Shown here: positions 37,150 through 50,263 of the stretch, piece after piece
How positions within the stretch are numbered: the stretch's first letter is position 1
Layout of the letters: the number at the start of each line of letters is the position of its first letter
From: Octopus sinensis
Lineage: Eukaryota
DNA: 64,000 nt
Direction of reading: 5' to 3'
Assembly (NCBI RefSeq): GCF_006345805.1
Contig: NC_043001.1
Coordinates: 124,062,001-124,126,000, forward strand
Program-made: the position numbers and the translations under genes
Notes under the pieces: generated by a model
What the model was told of the DNA's origin: nothing
Databases searched by the model: none
The model's input: the letters and a program-made list of their open reading frames with translations, nothing else

Positions 37150-37920
37150 GAAAAATGACAGGCAGAAAAATTACGCAAGAAGGGACTACACAATCAATTC
37201 CATGTAGCCACAACAAGCTGTTGGAAAATAGGTGGGATTAGCTGATGAAAGGAACCATTAAAGGAGACCGAGAGCACTACGCTGGCACCGCAGGACCAAT
37301 CTCTGGCCATGAACTGGAGGGTCAACCTAAGGAATGAGCAAATGTCTCCGCTTTACCGCATCAGCAATAGAGTGGATGAAAGCATTACCCATATCACGAA
37401 TGAATGCCTTAGACTTGCCCAAAACCACTAAAGGTTGTGGCGACATGACCACGTAGTGAAAGTGTTACATTGGAAACTGTGCGGAAAGTGGGGGCTAGAG
37501 AGAAGCAAGATGTGGTATGAGCACAACCTGCAGAGAGCTGCAGAGTAGGAGACTAGCAAAATCCTCTGGGATTTTCTAATTCAAACAGATCAGGTTCTAG
37601 AGCATAACACACCGGACCTAGTGGGGATGGACAACGTGCAACACACACATATACTATATAGTTGACGTTGCATGATTCTTTGACCCACGAATATGCAAGA
37701 AGGGAGGCGAAATGATAGAGAGATAGATACAACCGTCTTATGTACGAAATAACCCGGTAATGGAAAATGAAGTTGAAGATAGTGTCAATTATTGTTGAGA
37801 ATGTATAAGGGGGAATATAAAATAAATTGGAATAGAGTGTCCAGTAGAATTATTACAAAAGGTTTGCCTCCTTGGCATGGCCAGAATAACCAGGAAAATA
37901 TTAGATAGCTGAATAGAATG
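37150..37920 (+). pseudogene. Older R4-clade LINE C-terminal remnant
   Basis: Degenerate ETES..LAPQDQ, RHDHVVKVLHWKLC, ILWDFLIQTD, HNTPDLV, QKVCLLGMARITRKIL*. Confidence 0.75.
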
Positions 37921-38284
37921 AATAGTATGGTACTTTAGGCTACTAGTAGTAAGCCCGCTACGCATGCAAGACTCCAGAAGCTCCAAAAAATCCTGTGATC
38001 AAAATAAAAAATAAAAACAACACCAATAATATCAACAACAACAACAATAATTTGGTACGGTGAAAATACTCAGGAAGTTTGAGATAAGTGAAAAGAACAG
38101 ATAGCATGGTACCGTAGGCTGTAGACAAGACTCAAAGAGATTCCAGCAAAATCTGAGGTTAAAAGAACAATTAGAAGAAAAACAAGAAATATAGCAACGG
38201 CAACAGCAACAACAATAATATTAGAAAGTGCATTCCAGATGTTTTGAGACTTTTTCAGGAGAGACATTATCTTCAAAGAAATAC

Positions 38285-38690
38285 AAAACTCTAATCTCAT
38301 TCAAAGTAGGATCTGCTGGCTCTAGTACACTTGCAGCACACCGGACACTTCAGGAAGGTCCCATGGAAGTTCTCCAAAGGGAAGATGTTCCAGGACACTT
38401 ATCACAGACTCTTTCATCTTCTCCATTTCTTCAAAACAGATTGAAAACAGCCAAAAGTGCCAGGAGCAAAATCTAGACTGCTGAAAGAGTAAGGAACAAT
38501 TTTGACACACATCTTCCTCTGGTAGCTGGTTACCAGGATGGAATTGTGGACTGTGCATTGTCCTGGAGAAGAGTGCCCCCAAACTGAGTAGAAAACTCTG
38601 GCCCTTTCCGATGAGACCTCCAGGAAGTACTCTTTGTAGACCACCTGGTGACACCCAATCCACACTCGTGACCTGAAGCTACTTCAGAGT
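38285..38690 (-). pseudogene. Mariner transposase C-terminal remnant
   Basis: Frameshifted QDNA / HNSILVTSY / KIVPYSFSSLDFAP / FWLF / EEMEKMKESVISVL / SYFE, matching mariner HDNA..YSPDLAP.DF.LF. Confidence 0.75.
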
Positions 38691-39820
38691 TATTAGTAAA
38701 TCTTAGAATTAGTACTAACAACACAGGAAATAGACCCATAAAGCCATCGCGCTATCGAGCAACGTAGTCACAGCGGATGCCGCAGATCAAATCTTGACAA
38801 GGCTCTGTTCTCTTGGCAATTTAAAAAACTTAATGCTTCTTAACTTCGCGCATAGCATTTTAATAACGAACACCTTAGCTTATAACAACTTGGTTTCGAT
38901 TCTATTTTATTTTATCATATTTTGTTGTTTATTTTGAAGACGTATGTCTGAAATAACAGTTAATGGAACTGAGAACGATTTATCAGTAAAAGAATAATTT
39001 TTACAAATTTTATTCCATTGTCTTATTTTTGTACCATTGCACAATATGTGTAATTATTCTAAATTGTTATATTTTTATACACTTTCTCTGTTACATAAGT
39101 TATTGATATTACTTGATGAAGCTTCTTGCGTTACTAATGAGGAAATATTGTTAGAACGAAACAAAAGACAAAATTAAGATGCTATAAAGCAATAATAGCT
39201 ATTAATGATAATGATGGGCGAACCATCAATATATGTATCTGAAAAGAGCCAAACCTGACAACTATGACTTGACTAATTGCAAATGTATTTTTTAAAATGT
39301 GCAACGTATTATTATCGTTGGTTAAGAAATAGAAAATTAGGTTACAGAAATGAGAATGCTTGTAATACAAAAATCTGTCATGCCCCGTCCCTTGCTCCCA
39401 AACAGTTGTTCCTTGCCACCTTTTATAGGTCATATATTCGTCAAAACTATTCTTTAGACAGCATTATGTCATTGTGATTCCGATTAAGTAAAAGGTTGCC
39501 AAATATTCGGCCGCACTGATTAACGATTTTCTCTCTATACCATTCTCTGTATATATATATATATATATATAATTTCAGCAAAACAATTAAGATTCAAATG
39601 AATTCAAATGAATTCAAATGAATGTGGTACTTAACTTAGATGCACCAGAAATCTTTATGGTATTAACCATAAAATTATGTGGGGTGATTATAACTAAGAA
39701 AAAAGTAACAAGAATGGATCAGTAGTTTAGTACAATTGTTTCATACTAAGAACATTTTATTTAAAGCTGCAAATATTACAGCAATATATGTCAAATATTC
39801 ATCAGCTACTTTTTTCTGGT

Positions 39821-39882
<62 letters not shown>

Positions 39883-40065
39883 TGCTTGATGACGTTGAGA
39901 ACTGAAAGTGTTCGCTCATTTATTAAAGCATACACACAATTTGTGAAATTCCCTTCCAAAGGTTAGTACAATTTTATTCTCTGATAAGTATTTTCTTAAT
40001 GTTAACATTTTGAAAAAAATCTTTCTGTAAGTATTATAGCTGTATCAAGTAATTTCCGATATGTT

Positions 40066-40136
<71 letters not shown>

Positions 40137-40339
40137 GTGTGTGTGTGTGTGTGTGTATACATGTATTTATGCATATGTATACATATATATATATATATGT
40201 AAACATATATACACATATATATAAATATATATAAATATATGAACATACATATATGTATATATACATATATATATGTACATATATATGTATGTATGTATAT
40301 ATATATGTATATGTATATATATATATACATATAAGCACA

Positions 40340-40511
40340 TGTGTGGCTGTGTGGTAAGAAGCTTGCTTCCCAACCACATGGCTTCAGGTTCTGTCCCACT
40401 GCGTACCACCTTGGATAAGTATCTTCTACTATAGCCTCGGGCCGGCCAAAGCCTTGTGAGTGGATTTGGTAGATGGAAACTGAAAGAAGTCGTCGTATGT
40501 ATGTATGTATG

Positions 40512-40545
<34 letters not shown>

Positions 40546-40745
40546 TGTATGTATGTATGTATGTATGTATTTGCGTGTTTGTATCAGTTCCCCACCATCG
40601 CTTTGACAACAGATGGTGTGTTTAACGGTTCGGCATAACAGACTGATAGAATAAGTTCCAGGCTTACAAAGAATAAGTCATGGGTTCGATATGTTCGACT
40701 AAAGGCGATGTCCAGCATGAAGGCAGTCAAATGACTGAAACTAGA
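40340..40745 (+). mobile_element. SINE family C, full length
   Basis: GGCTGTGTGGTAAGAAGC head, internal (GTAT)n, typical tail. Confidence 0.88.
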
Positions 40746-40889
40746 CTATAACAGGTTGTGGTTTTACAGAAGTGCAGTTGGGACAACACATTTAAGGGTA
40801 GCAGGGATACCAATACTTTCAACAAAAATTGAAAAACCAGTTTTTAGACACAATGGACCAAATCCATGACACCCGATGCAACACACCGA

Positions 40890-42090
40890 ATATAGAACTC
40901 CGAATGTTATAAATTATTCCCACAAAGCCCTCTTAATGTAACCAATGAAAATTCTTTCCAAGTTATTAAAATTCACCCCAACTCAACAAAATTCCAACAT
41001 GAATGAAATACAGATCGATATTCAGGAATATATTATAAAACTACGCACAAAAGAACAATTGTAAGACAAAGACGTTAACGAAGAATGAATGCTTCATAAT
41101 AAAGGTAACTACAAACTGAAAAAGAGTAAAAACCAAACCCTGGACTTTTTTTTGTTGTTTTGTAACTATTTTTTCTCATAATTTGCTACCGCATTCAAAA
41201 TTTATAGCAAATACCTGCCGACAAAAATCGAAAATCATCAATGACTTAACGGGTAATCGCAATGTAGTAATAAAAGAAACTGATAAAGGCACAGTTATAG
41301 ATATTATAGTTTCAAAATATATCATAAACGATACACGAGTTCTACTTCAAAATCTATTATGAAAAGGTAAGCGATTGCCAACAGTCCGAAAGAATGAAGA
41401 AACTCACCACCTTCATCCAACAGTTACAAAAGCATTTAACGGAAAAACAAAGAAAGTATTTAAAGAGATTTTGCTGAAAAAAAAAACAGCAATTTTTATG
41501 GACTGCCAAAAATCTTCAAAAACAAAGCAATAAATGAAACCTGCCAGATTATTAATATTCCACACCCCAAAGATCTCAAACCGAGACAGTTTTGGTAGCC
41601 CCGTCCTGAGAAAAATAGACACGGTACTTTTATCGACATACTCCAAAAGAAACAATTCTTAAATGTACACTGAATTTCATAAGTGGTGACTTAAACATTC
41701 CAAACATTCTCCCAAGCAAAACAAGCACGAACGCTGTTTTTGTCCTATTTAATGTTGCAAATCTCCATACCACGATTTCACACGAATACGGAATAAGAAG
41801 TGAATTCTGACTTGAAAATGTCCAAACGGCCTACTTGAACGAATTGGGAAATAATTTAACACTGAAGGGTTAAGGTTCAACCTACAAAGTAACTCGTTCA
41901 ACTCCAAAGACAGCACTTGCAGGACAAAAATCGGAGACTGTAATAGAGATGAACTTTTCCACCACATTTGCTAACGTTGTTCAAAAATACTTAGGAGTTC
42001 AAATATACGAAAACGCCAGACTGAAATTTACCAATAACCTTCATAAATAACCTACGTACCTGCAAGCCCACTGGGAACGATATTTAGACC
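40890..42090 (+). pseudogene. Penelope-like element RT remnant (Poseidon-like)
   Basis: Degenerate VINYSHK..LSKLLKFTPT, KETDKG, TPKI..GSP, LFNVANLHTTISHEYGI, FANVVQKYL; many frameshifts. Confidence 0.65.
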
Positions 42091-42122
42091 GTTGTGTCTG
42101 TGTGCATATATCCGGGATCCGG

Positions 42123-42453
42123 GACCCCCTTCGGTCACGACACTGACCATGGGATTGCACCTAGAAAGTTACCCACCTAGTCACAAGTCTGGGCATGGCT
42201 GTTTATGGAAGACCAGCAGTCGCCCATGCATACCGGCCTCCCCTCTCCACGCCACCAGTGTTATCCAAGGGAAAGGCAAAGGCCGATACAGCTTGGCACT
42301 CGTGACGTCACAACTCATTTCTACAGCTGAGTGAACTGGAGCAACGTGAAATAAAGTGTCTTGCTCAAGAACACAACACGCAGCCCGGTCCGAGATTCGA
42401 GCTCACAACCTCACGATCGTAAGCTCGATGCTCTAACCACTGAGCCATGCGCC
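42123..42453 (-). mobile_element. SINE family D
   Basis: Near-identical to 35497-35818. Confidence 0.9.
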
Positions 42454-42739
42454 TTCACATGTGCATATATATATATATATATATATACAAACAAAACCAT
42501 TTCAGTTTAAAACAATTCAAGATCTTAGTTCAAAAGCGAAGACGAAGAATTCTCCTTCTTTTGTTAGGCTGGACAAAAAGCTCGTTCGTTTCTTTTCTTT
42601 GTACATGGGTGAGCGTTAGATATCTGACACTGTTCACTATATTCCTTTTAGTATGCGTACTAGTTAGATACCTGACACATTAACGTAGTTTGCCACGAAT
42701 TTCCGACGGGACAGGTCGTATTTTGTGTGCTTCAGGTCA

Positions 42740-43260
42740 CTTTTAAAATAGAGAAACAAAGCGAATATTATCGACATATAATGCCATTTTTTACTCTCTT
42801 GAACAGAAAGAAATCAGCGAATGTCTGCCGGAAGATGTGTGTACGGAAAGAATGCTGTTACAGAACGTGGATTTCGAGATTTCGATCGGGACATTTTTCC
42901 ATTGAAGATGTAATTCTCTCTTGAGACTGACGGCAACAAAGTGAAGGCATTATTGATTCGGCCAAGTAGATGTTCTCCAAATATCCAAATATAGTATTGA
43001 AAACCATGTACATCAACTTGGTTACATCAAGTGTTAGGTGTAGGCTGAACTCGAATAAGCGTGATTTTAAATATTAAAAGCATAATTTCTTATGATATTG
43101 TCTTGAATATCTGTGCGCTGAAGCAGCCCATTCGTTGATGTAGGAGTAATATTTCAAATTCTAATTCACTTGAGCATTGTAGAGGGTCAGCAATTGATGA
43201 GAAATTGACGTATAATCTGGGCCTAAAAACGAAATATCAGTGTTTGGAATGCAGCACTTA
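42740..43260 (+). pseudogene. Mariner transposase N-terminal remnant
   Basis: EYYRHIMPFF...SANVCRK...WISRFRSGHFSIED resembles the mariner HTH region. Confidence 0.55.
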
Positions 43261-43269
43261 CTATGTTAA

Positions 43270-44100
43270 ATATTTCGACACATAGGACCTTTAGAGATAG
43301 AGAGCGTCCTTGAGAGCTCTGGTTGCGTGCTGCCAGTTGTTACGGTGTTTGTAGCGGGCTTAAATCTTGTTGATATGGGTAGTACTTGTGCGTTTGAAGT
43401 ATTGAAAGGTACAAGATTGATGTGGTCCCTCTGGCGAATTATTTCGAGGACTTCGTTCATGATTTGATGTATAGCGTCTAGATTAAGTTTGAATGGTGTG
43501 TAGTTGAGGGTTTAGCGTAGGATGAAGGACAGCATCATTTGCTTTGGGACATGACAGCATGTACGTCACTGATGTATAAAAGAGAATGTTATGGCAATAA
43601 ATGTGATTTTGTAGGGGAAGGGGGAAAGAACCGTTAATTCACCTCAAGAAGCTACTGGCCCGAGAGATAAGAGGCACTTGTTGCTCTTAGACACAAAGTT
43701 TTGATAGAAAATGTGCAAATTCTTTAGACTAAAAGGTAAAAGTATTTCATCTGTAAACCGCAGTCAATCCTCTGCAATCCACCAATAGCCGAAGTACTTT
43801 ACGTGGACCATTACTTGTAGTCCATAGCATGCCAATCTCACTACGAGAAGTGCTCAGTATGGTTTCTTTCAGTTGGATCATCTTCTTCGAATCAATTTAG
43901 AAGAATTAATTTTCCAGTCTACATGTTATTGATCTCAATTCACGGATCACTTCTTTATGGATTAGTCTTTGTGCATCCAAAGTTTAGTGCTTTATAAATT
44001 TCCTTATACATACGGTGTTGTGAAGACGACCTAATATTTTGTCTGGTGTGAATCGCCACTTGCGGGTCATATTTTGTGGAGGATATTTTTCCCGGATCAG
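43270..44100 (-). pseudogene. Possible highly decayed Penelope-like element fragment
   Basis: Weak resemblance to PLE RT and linker (IMNEVLEIIR..HINLVPF..STRFK); judged by eye only. Confidence 0.3.
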
Positions 44101-45377
44101 GTTTTGTAGACAGCTTTTGTGAGCCGCTTACTTTGTGTGTTCCATTTGTAGGTCAAGATTTACGAAGCCGGCCCGCTGTTATATTATATACTCATATAAC
44201 CTAGCCTCTCCTTTATTGGACAGATTTTCTTATTAGGCTTCCTCCTACTGGATCATTCTTCATGGGGCACCACAATGATGGCCATTTCTTTAATTTGATT
44301 TTGCTTGGCGTTCACTCGGCTTTGTCTTACTGATTCATTAGATCTCCCCGGAATCCTCTACCTATAGAATTACTTACGTTCGAGCACTCTGCTACTTGTG
44401 TTTCACAGCGACTGTGCGAACATTTTATTTTGTTTTGTTTTAATTTATTCTCTTATTTAAATGTTTTATTTCATTTAATCTTAGTTAATACTCTCTTACT
44501 ATAAATATTAACTTAATTTAACTTTAACTCCGTTGGATGACTTAGCGCGGATCTCTTTTGTACGGATATCTATGACCGTTTAGCTTGCATTATGCATTAC
44601 TGCATCGAACATTCTCACTCGGATGCGGATCACGCAAAGACTGTTCCCACCGCGGAGCATCGCTACCGCCATGATGGCTGTTATTAGTCTATTTCAATAT
44701 TACAATTGTAATTCGATTTATTCAACTAATAGCTAGAAGGCAGTGCTCCAGCGTAGCCAAAAAGTGATTCCCGAAAGTAAGTAAAAATCAGTAGCACAAT
44801 GTATCCCTTCACAAACGAAACTTTTGCAGCATTGGCAGAATGTTTTCTTCAAGTAGTTCTTTAGACGAAAACTGCTGCCCCACTGCATTGTTTAAGCAAT
44901 TGTTTTGGCCATTATTCCGAAATCTGTATCAATGAATTGACCTGAGGTCAATTTAATCGATTGCGTCGTAATTCTTAAAGAGTTGGCATGATGCCCAATG
45001 AGATGAAATTAGTAATATTCATTTTCTTTATAATTTCTCTATATGGAAACAAACGGCATTAGTTTCCAGCTTCACTCTTTGTTATCATACAACAGAATTT
45101 ATTTCTTATATACTGTTCTTGCTACAAATGTTTTATCTGACCTTATCGTTGTTTAGCTCCGAGTCTTCTCTGTTCCAGCAAACCTATGATTTAAGAATTT
45201 CCAGCTGTGACTTCTTGTCTAATTTAGGAATATTTAGGACTTCAGGTTTATCCAATTTCATGTCATCTTTGACGTGATTTCGGAGTGATTTAGTTGCTGT
45301 TTCTACTCGGCCCTGTTACAACACAAATTCAACGTCATCGCCTTTTTGGTAACAATATCAAATAAAAGAAATGCACC

Positions 45378-45607
45378 TTTTTAAAGCCTAGCCCGGCTCA
45401 TGGGCCCCGTTTCCCGGATTCTGTGGCGTATCTGTTCCCCAGCTGCACGGGACGCCAGTCCATCGCAGCGTTACTCATTTTTGCCAGCTGAGTGGACTGG
45501 AGCAACGTGCAATAAAGTGTCTTGCTCAAGGACACAACGCGGCGCCAGGAATTGAACTCACGATCTTACGATGTGAACCGAATGCCCCAACCACTAAGCC
45601 GCGCGCC
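45378..45607 (-). mobile_element. tRNA-derived CORE-like SINE with a different 3' tail
   Basis: Minus head GGCGCGCGGCTTAGTGGTTGGGGCATTCG...GAGTTCAATTCC, then TCCTTGAGCAAGACACTTTATTGCACGTTGCTCCAGTCCACTCAGCTG. Confidence 0.8.
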
Positions 45608-46147
45608 TTCAGATACCTACATACATACATACGAATACGCACACGCACACCCACACACACATAGACACACATGAGTGTGTGGAATGTATTATTTAATAAT
45701 GCAGGCACACACACACTAATAGAAATATGTAAGTAGGTAAATATATTGATTTAAAATGGATAATTAATGAACAATAAAGAATTAATCGATACGTTTTAAA
45801 ATCAATATTAATATATTATAATAAATTGGTAAATGATTTGCGAATGATAACCCACAGACGTGCATTTAAACGGCGAAAATACGCAGGTACACACACACAC
45901 GCACACATATACACGTACACTCACGCACGCACAAGCGTATGCGCACATAACACATAGCGACGTATGTACATACACAGACGTATGAAATAGACAAATCTTT
46001 CGATTTGTATTTACCGGATGAGAGATGAATGCTGAATATTTATATATGGTCGTCGAATTTCTTGAAGTTCACACACACACATATATACATATATAAATAT
46101 ACATACATTCATACAAATATATATATATATACATACATATATATATT

Positions 46148-46185
<38 letters not shown>

Positions 46186-46311
46186 CATACATACATACAT
46201 ATATATATATATAACGGGAAGCTTTATGAAAATAAACAAAAGACGAAGGCAGGTGGAAAACAAACGAACAATTGTATTAGTATGGCGCTCAGGAAATATA
46301 AATAAAACAAG

Positions 46312-46349
46312 TCTTTAACGTTTCGAGCCTACGCTCTTCAACAGAAAGA
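46312..46349 (-). ncRNA. Minimal type I hammerhead-like motif (A6U core variant), copy 1
   Basis: TCTTT-CTGTTGA-A-GAGC-GTAG-GCTC-GAAA-CGT-T-AAAGA: 5-bp stem I, 4-bp stem II, palindromic ACGT. Confidence 0.5.
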
Positions 46350-46651
46350 TACACAGAGAGAGAAAAACACAGAAAGAAGGAGAGAAAAAAAATACGTGCA
46401 GTAGCTAACGAATCAACATATATATATATACATATATATATATATACACATACATACATGCATGCATACATACATACATACATGCATACATACATACTAT
46501 ATATATATATATATATATATACATACATACATACATACATATATATATATATAACGGGAAGCTTTATGAAAATAAACAAAAGACGAAGGCAGGTGGAAAA
46601 CAAACGAACAATTGTATTAGTATGGCGCTCAGGAAATATAAATAAAACAAG

Positions 46652-46689
46652 TCTTTAACGTTTCGAGCCTACGCTCTTCAACAGAAAGA
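46652..46689 (-). ncRNA. Minimal type I hammerhead-like motif (A6U core variant), copy 2
   Basis: Identical to 46312-46349. Confidence 0.5.
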
Positions 46690-46802
46690 TACACAGAGAG
46701 AGAAAAACACAGAAAGAAGGAGAGAAAAAAAATACGTGCAGTAGCTAACGAATCAACATATATATATACATATATATATATACACATACATACATGCATG
46801 CA

Positions 46803-46873
<71 letters not shown>

Positions 46874-48194
46874 CTCATAAATAAATCAGATTTAATTCCC
46901 AGATCTTATGCACCTTCAGAAGGACTGATTCCGATGGTTCGAACGGTATGACATTTGTGACGGTGGCGTGGTGAAGGAGGAACGCTGATTAGTTGAAACA
47001 TGATGGGTAGGATTGTGTTGGGGGTGAATAAGCCCCTATTGTTTCGAAAGAAATCCTGCATTGTTCACGAAAGTCACATTTCTTGTAATTTTTTTTTTTT
47101 TTTTGCCATATAGTGCTGAAAGTTGCTTTAAATAAATCACTCTGTTGCAATAATAAGTCTGCCACCGTTCTTTTGCAAATGCAATTGCGATCACTGTCTC
47201 ACATATTGCTTTGTTATTGAAATTGTTGTTGAGTGTCTTCTTTATTCGCGTCGTATCTTTTCTTGTTAGTCTTTCTTTCTTTCTTTCTTTTTTGCTTTTC
47301 AAGCGTTCCAAATTAAAAACCTGGAACGGAAAAGAGAAATGAAACGAAACCAAGCTAAAGAAAATAGATTTGATTTATATACCCAGATTTTCGTGCGAGA
47401 TAATTGAAATAAACGTATATATATAAGGTAAATAGGCATTGTAATGCTGATATATACGCCTGTGTACACGCATACACACACGCACACACATATATGTGTA
47501 CGCATGTATGCATGTATGAACGTTGTATTTATGTATATATGAATGTATGAATATATGCATATGTGCATATATACCTATGCATGCATGCATACATGTATGT
47601 ATGCCTGTATGTATGCATTTATGTATGTAAGTATAGGCAAGAGGGATGGAAAACGAAAGTAGAGGTAAGAGATTGTATATACAATATAGTAATAATCTTC
47701 GTAAGTATGTAATGAATAGGTGTGAAAGTGTGTGTAATGAAAGCGTGTGATATTATGTTTCAGGCGGTTTGACTGAGTATAGCCTCCTGAATGGTTTTGT
47801 GCATGTATACAGATTTTATGTATGCGTACTTGAAAGAGAGGGGGGATAGAGGGAGATGGAGAACGAGAGAGAGAGAGAGAGAGTGAGAGAGAGAGGGTGA
47901 GAGAATATGAGAATATGAGAAATTGTCTGAGCAAATTTTGTTGGGAGAGATAACGATCAGATGTAGAGTAAACTGTTGATAAAATAATATGTGATTACTT
48001 GGAGGACACATTCAAAGAAAACAAAGAGTGAACAAGAGATAGAAAGATAAGGGAAGGAGTAGAAGGAAGAGAGAGAGAGAGAGAGAAAGTAGAGGGGGGA
48101 GTCAAGAAAAAGAGGGAGGGGAGGAATAAAATTTGTCGTGCGAGATGTATCTGATATTCACATAACTTTTATAAACGTCGTTAATACATGTGTA

Positions 48195-49420
48195 AAATAC
48201 GTGGTGTAGTCATACATGGTATGGTAATAAATGAGGCCGTAATGGAGAGATGGTACATTGTGTGGAAGTACTTGTTTAGTAATACATAGCGAAGTAATGC
48301 ATGGTGTGGCAAACTGGTAATACAAGGTTCAGGAAATACATAGTTTAGTAAAACATGCATAATACAGGCAAAGATGGTGATGTAATGTGTGATGTCGTAA
48401 CACATGGAGGAGTAATGCATTGTACATGAGGGATAATAAAGTGTGTGGGAAAGCAATGCATAACGAAGAAAAACGGTGTGGACATACGATTTGTAGTAAT
48501 AAATAGGTTACTAAAAATGTACATAACACAGCATATATATGGTGTGGTAATATATAATGTCGGAATACATGGGGGGGGGGTAGTAAAACATATATAATCT
48601 AGCACATTCGTGGTGCGGAATTTCATAGTTAAGTAATACATGGTAAATACACGTTGCAGTAATGCATAATTTCGTTAAACATGATGTAGCAACGAACGCT
48701 ATGGTAAATTCATGGTGTGGTAATGCATGAATTCGTCGCATACGCTACGGTAATGCATGATATGATGTGTGGTAATACATAGAATACACAGTTTGGTAGC
48801 ATATATTGTGGAAGTTTGTAAAATGTATGATGTGGTAATGTGTAGTGTGATGGTGCTTGGTGAGGTTTGGTGGCACATGGTGCGGTAATACATAGTTTTG
48901 TAATATACAGCGTGTTTTGTAATATATAACATGTTCATAGCATGATGGGCTAATTTATTGTGTGACAACACATTGCTTGATAATACATGGTGTGGTAAAA
49001 CAGGGTATCGTAATGCATGACATATTAATACATTGTACTGAAAAGTAACCTGTTGTAATATATGGTGGGGGTAAAACAATGTGTTGGTAATCATGGGGTG
49101 GTAACTCATGGTGTAGTAATGCATGATGTAGTAAAGTATGATGCGTTAACATATAGAGGGGTACGGTAATATATGGTGCAATAATACACAGTGTGGTAAT
49201 TCATAAAGTGCTAACACAAAGTGTGTAAAACCATGCTGTGGGAATGTACAACGTGATAATGCGGGGTGTGATTACACATGGAGTGGTATGGTAGTACATA
49301 ACACAATGTATGTAATCTATAATTGTAATACATTGTGTGCAAATATATAATGTGTAAACCCATTGTGTGGTACGTTAGTGGTAATATACGGTGTGGTATG
49401 CATCTTGTAATAAGACATGT
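48195..49420. repeat. Degenerate short-period satellite (CATGGTGTGGTAATA-like motif)
   Basis: Recurring TGGTAAT / GTAATGCAT / ATACATGG motifs over about 1.2 kb. Confidence 0.7.
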
Positions 49421-49558
49421 GTACGTCCATGCTGACGTAATTCATGTTGTGGCAATATATAGTTCGGTAATAGAAGTTGTGCTAATATACGGTTGGCTAA
49501 TATGTGATGTTACTGTTCATATGGCAACACTTAGCAAGCTCTATATTTAGAGGTTATA

Positions 49559-49765
49559 AGGCGGCGAGCTGGCAGAACCATTAGTGCGGCGAACAAAATG
49601 TTTTGCAGCACTTCTGAATTCAACTTCTGCCAAGGTTAACTTTGCCATTCATCCCTTCAAGGCCGATGAAATAAGTACCAGTTCATATACTGAGGTCGGG
49701 GCAATAGACTTTCTCTTCTCCTAAAAAATTATCGGCCCTTTGCCAAAATTTGAAGCAATTATATT
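49559..49765 (+). mobile_element. SINE family A
   Basis: AGGCGGCGAGCTGGCAGAA...AATAAGTACCAG. Confidence 0.75.
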
Positions 49766-49880
49766 TAGAAGTTATCGTCATGATAGTTATGTGCTTTGTT
49801 ATTTATCACTCAATAACAAAGCAAAATTTCAAACTATGACTATAGCATCAGTTGATGTAATGTGGGGCTACATTATATAA

Positions 49881-50263
49881 GTGGAGGCGCAATGGCCCAG
49901 TGGTTAGGGCAGCGGACTCGCGGTCGTAGGATCGCGGTTTCGATTCCCAGACCGGGCGTTGTGAGTGTTTATTGAGCGAAAACACCTAAAGCTCCACGAT
50001 GCTCCGGCAGGGATGGTGGTGATCCCTGCTGTACTCTTTCACCACAACTTTCTCTCACTCTTACTTCCTGTTTCTGTTGTACCTGCATTTCAAAGGGCCG
50101 GCCTTGTCACTCTCTGTGTCACGCTGAATATCCCCGAGAACTACGTTAAGGGTGCACGTGTCTGTGGAGTGCTCAGCCACTTACACGTTAATTTCACGAG
50201 CAGGCTGTTCCGTTGATCGGATCAACCGGAACCCTCGTCGTCGTAACCGACGGAGTGCTTCCA
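49881..50263 (+). mobile_element. SINE family B, full length with TSD
   Basis: tRNA-Arg(TCG)-like head GGCGCAATGGCCCAGTGGTTAGGGCAGCGGACTCGCGG..GGTTTCGATTCCC. TSD ACATTATAT at 49870-49878 and 50269-50277. Confidence 0.92.

Larger units (their letters stand above)
46213..46870 (-). repeat. Tandem dimer of 340-bp unit with hammerhead-like motif
   Basis: AACGGGAAGC at 46213 and 46553; the unique portions look identical. Confidence 0.92.

Noticed and set aside
49881-49956. tRNA-Arg-like sequences (also 16.7, 29.5, 35.8, 42.4 kb)
   Set aside because: They are SINE heads continuous with SINE bodies and TSDs; acceptor stems are not intact.
49965-50216. Recurrent ORFs MFIERKHLK... / MVVIPAV... in three places
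   Set aside because: Incidental frames in family B SINE copies.
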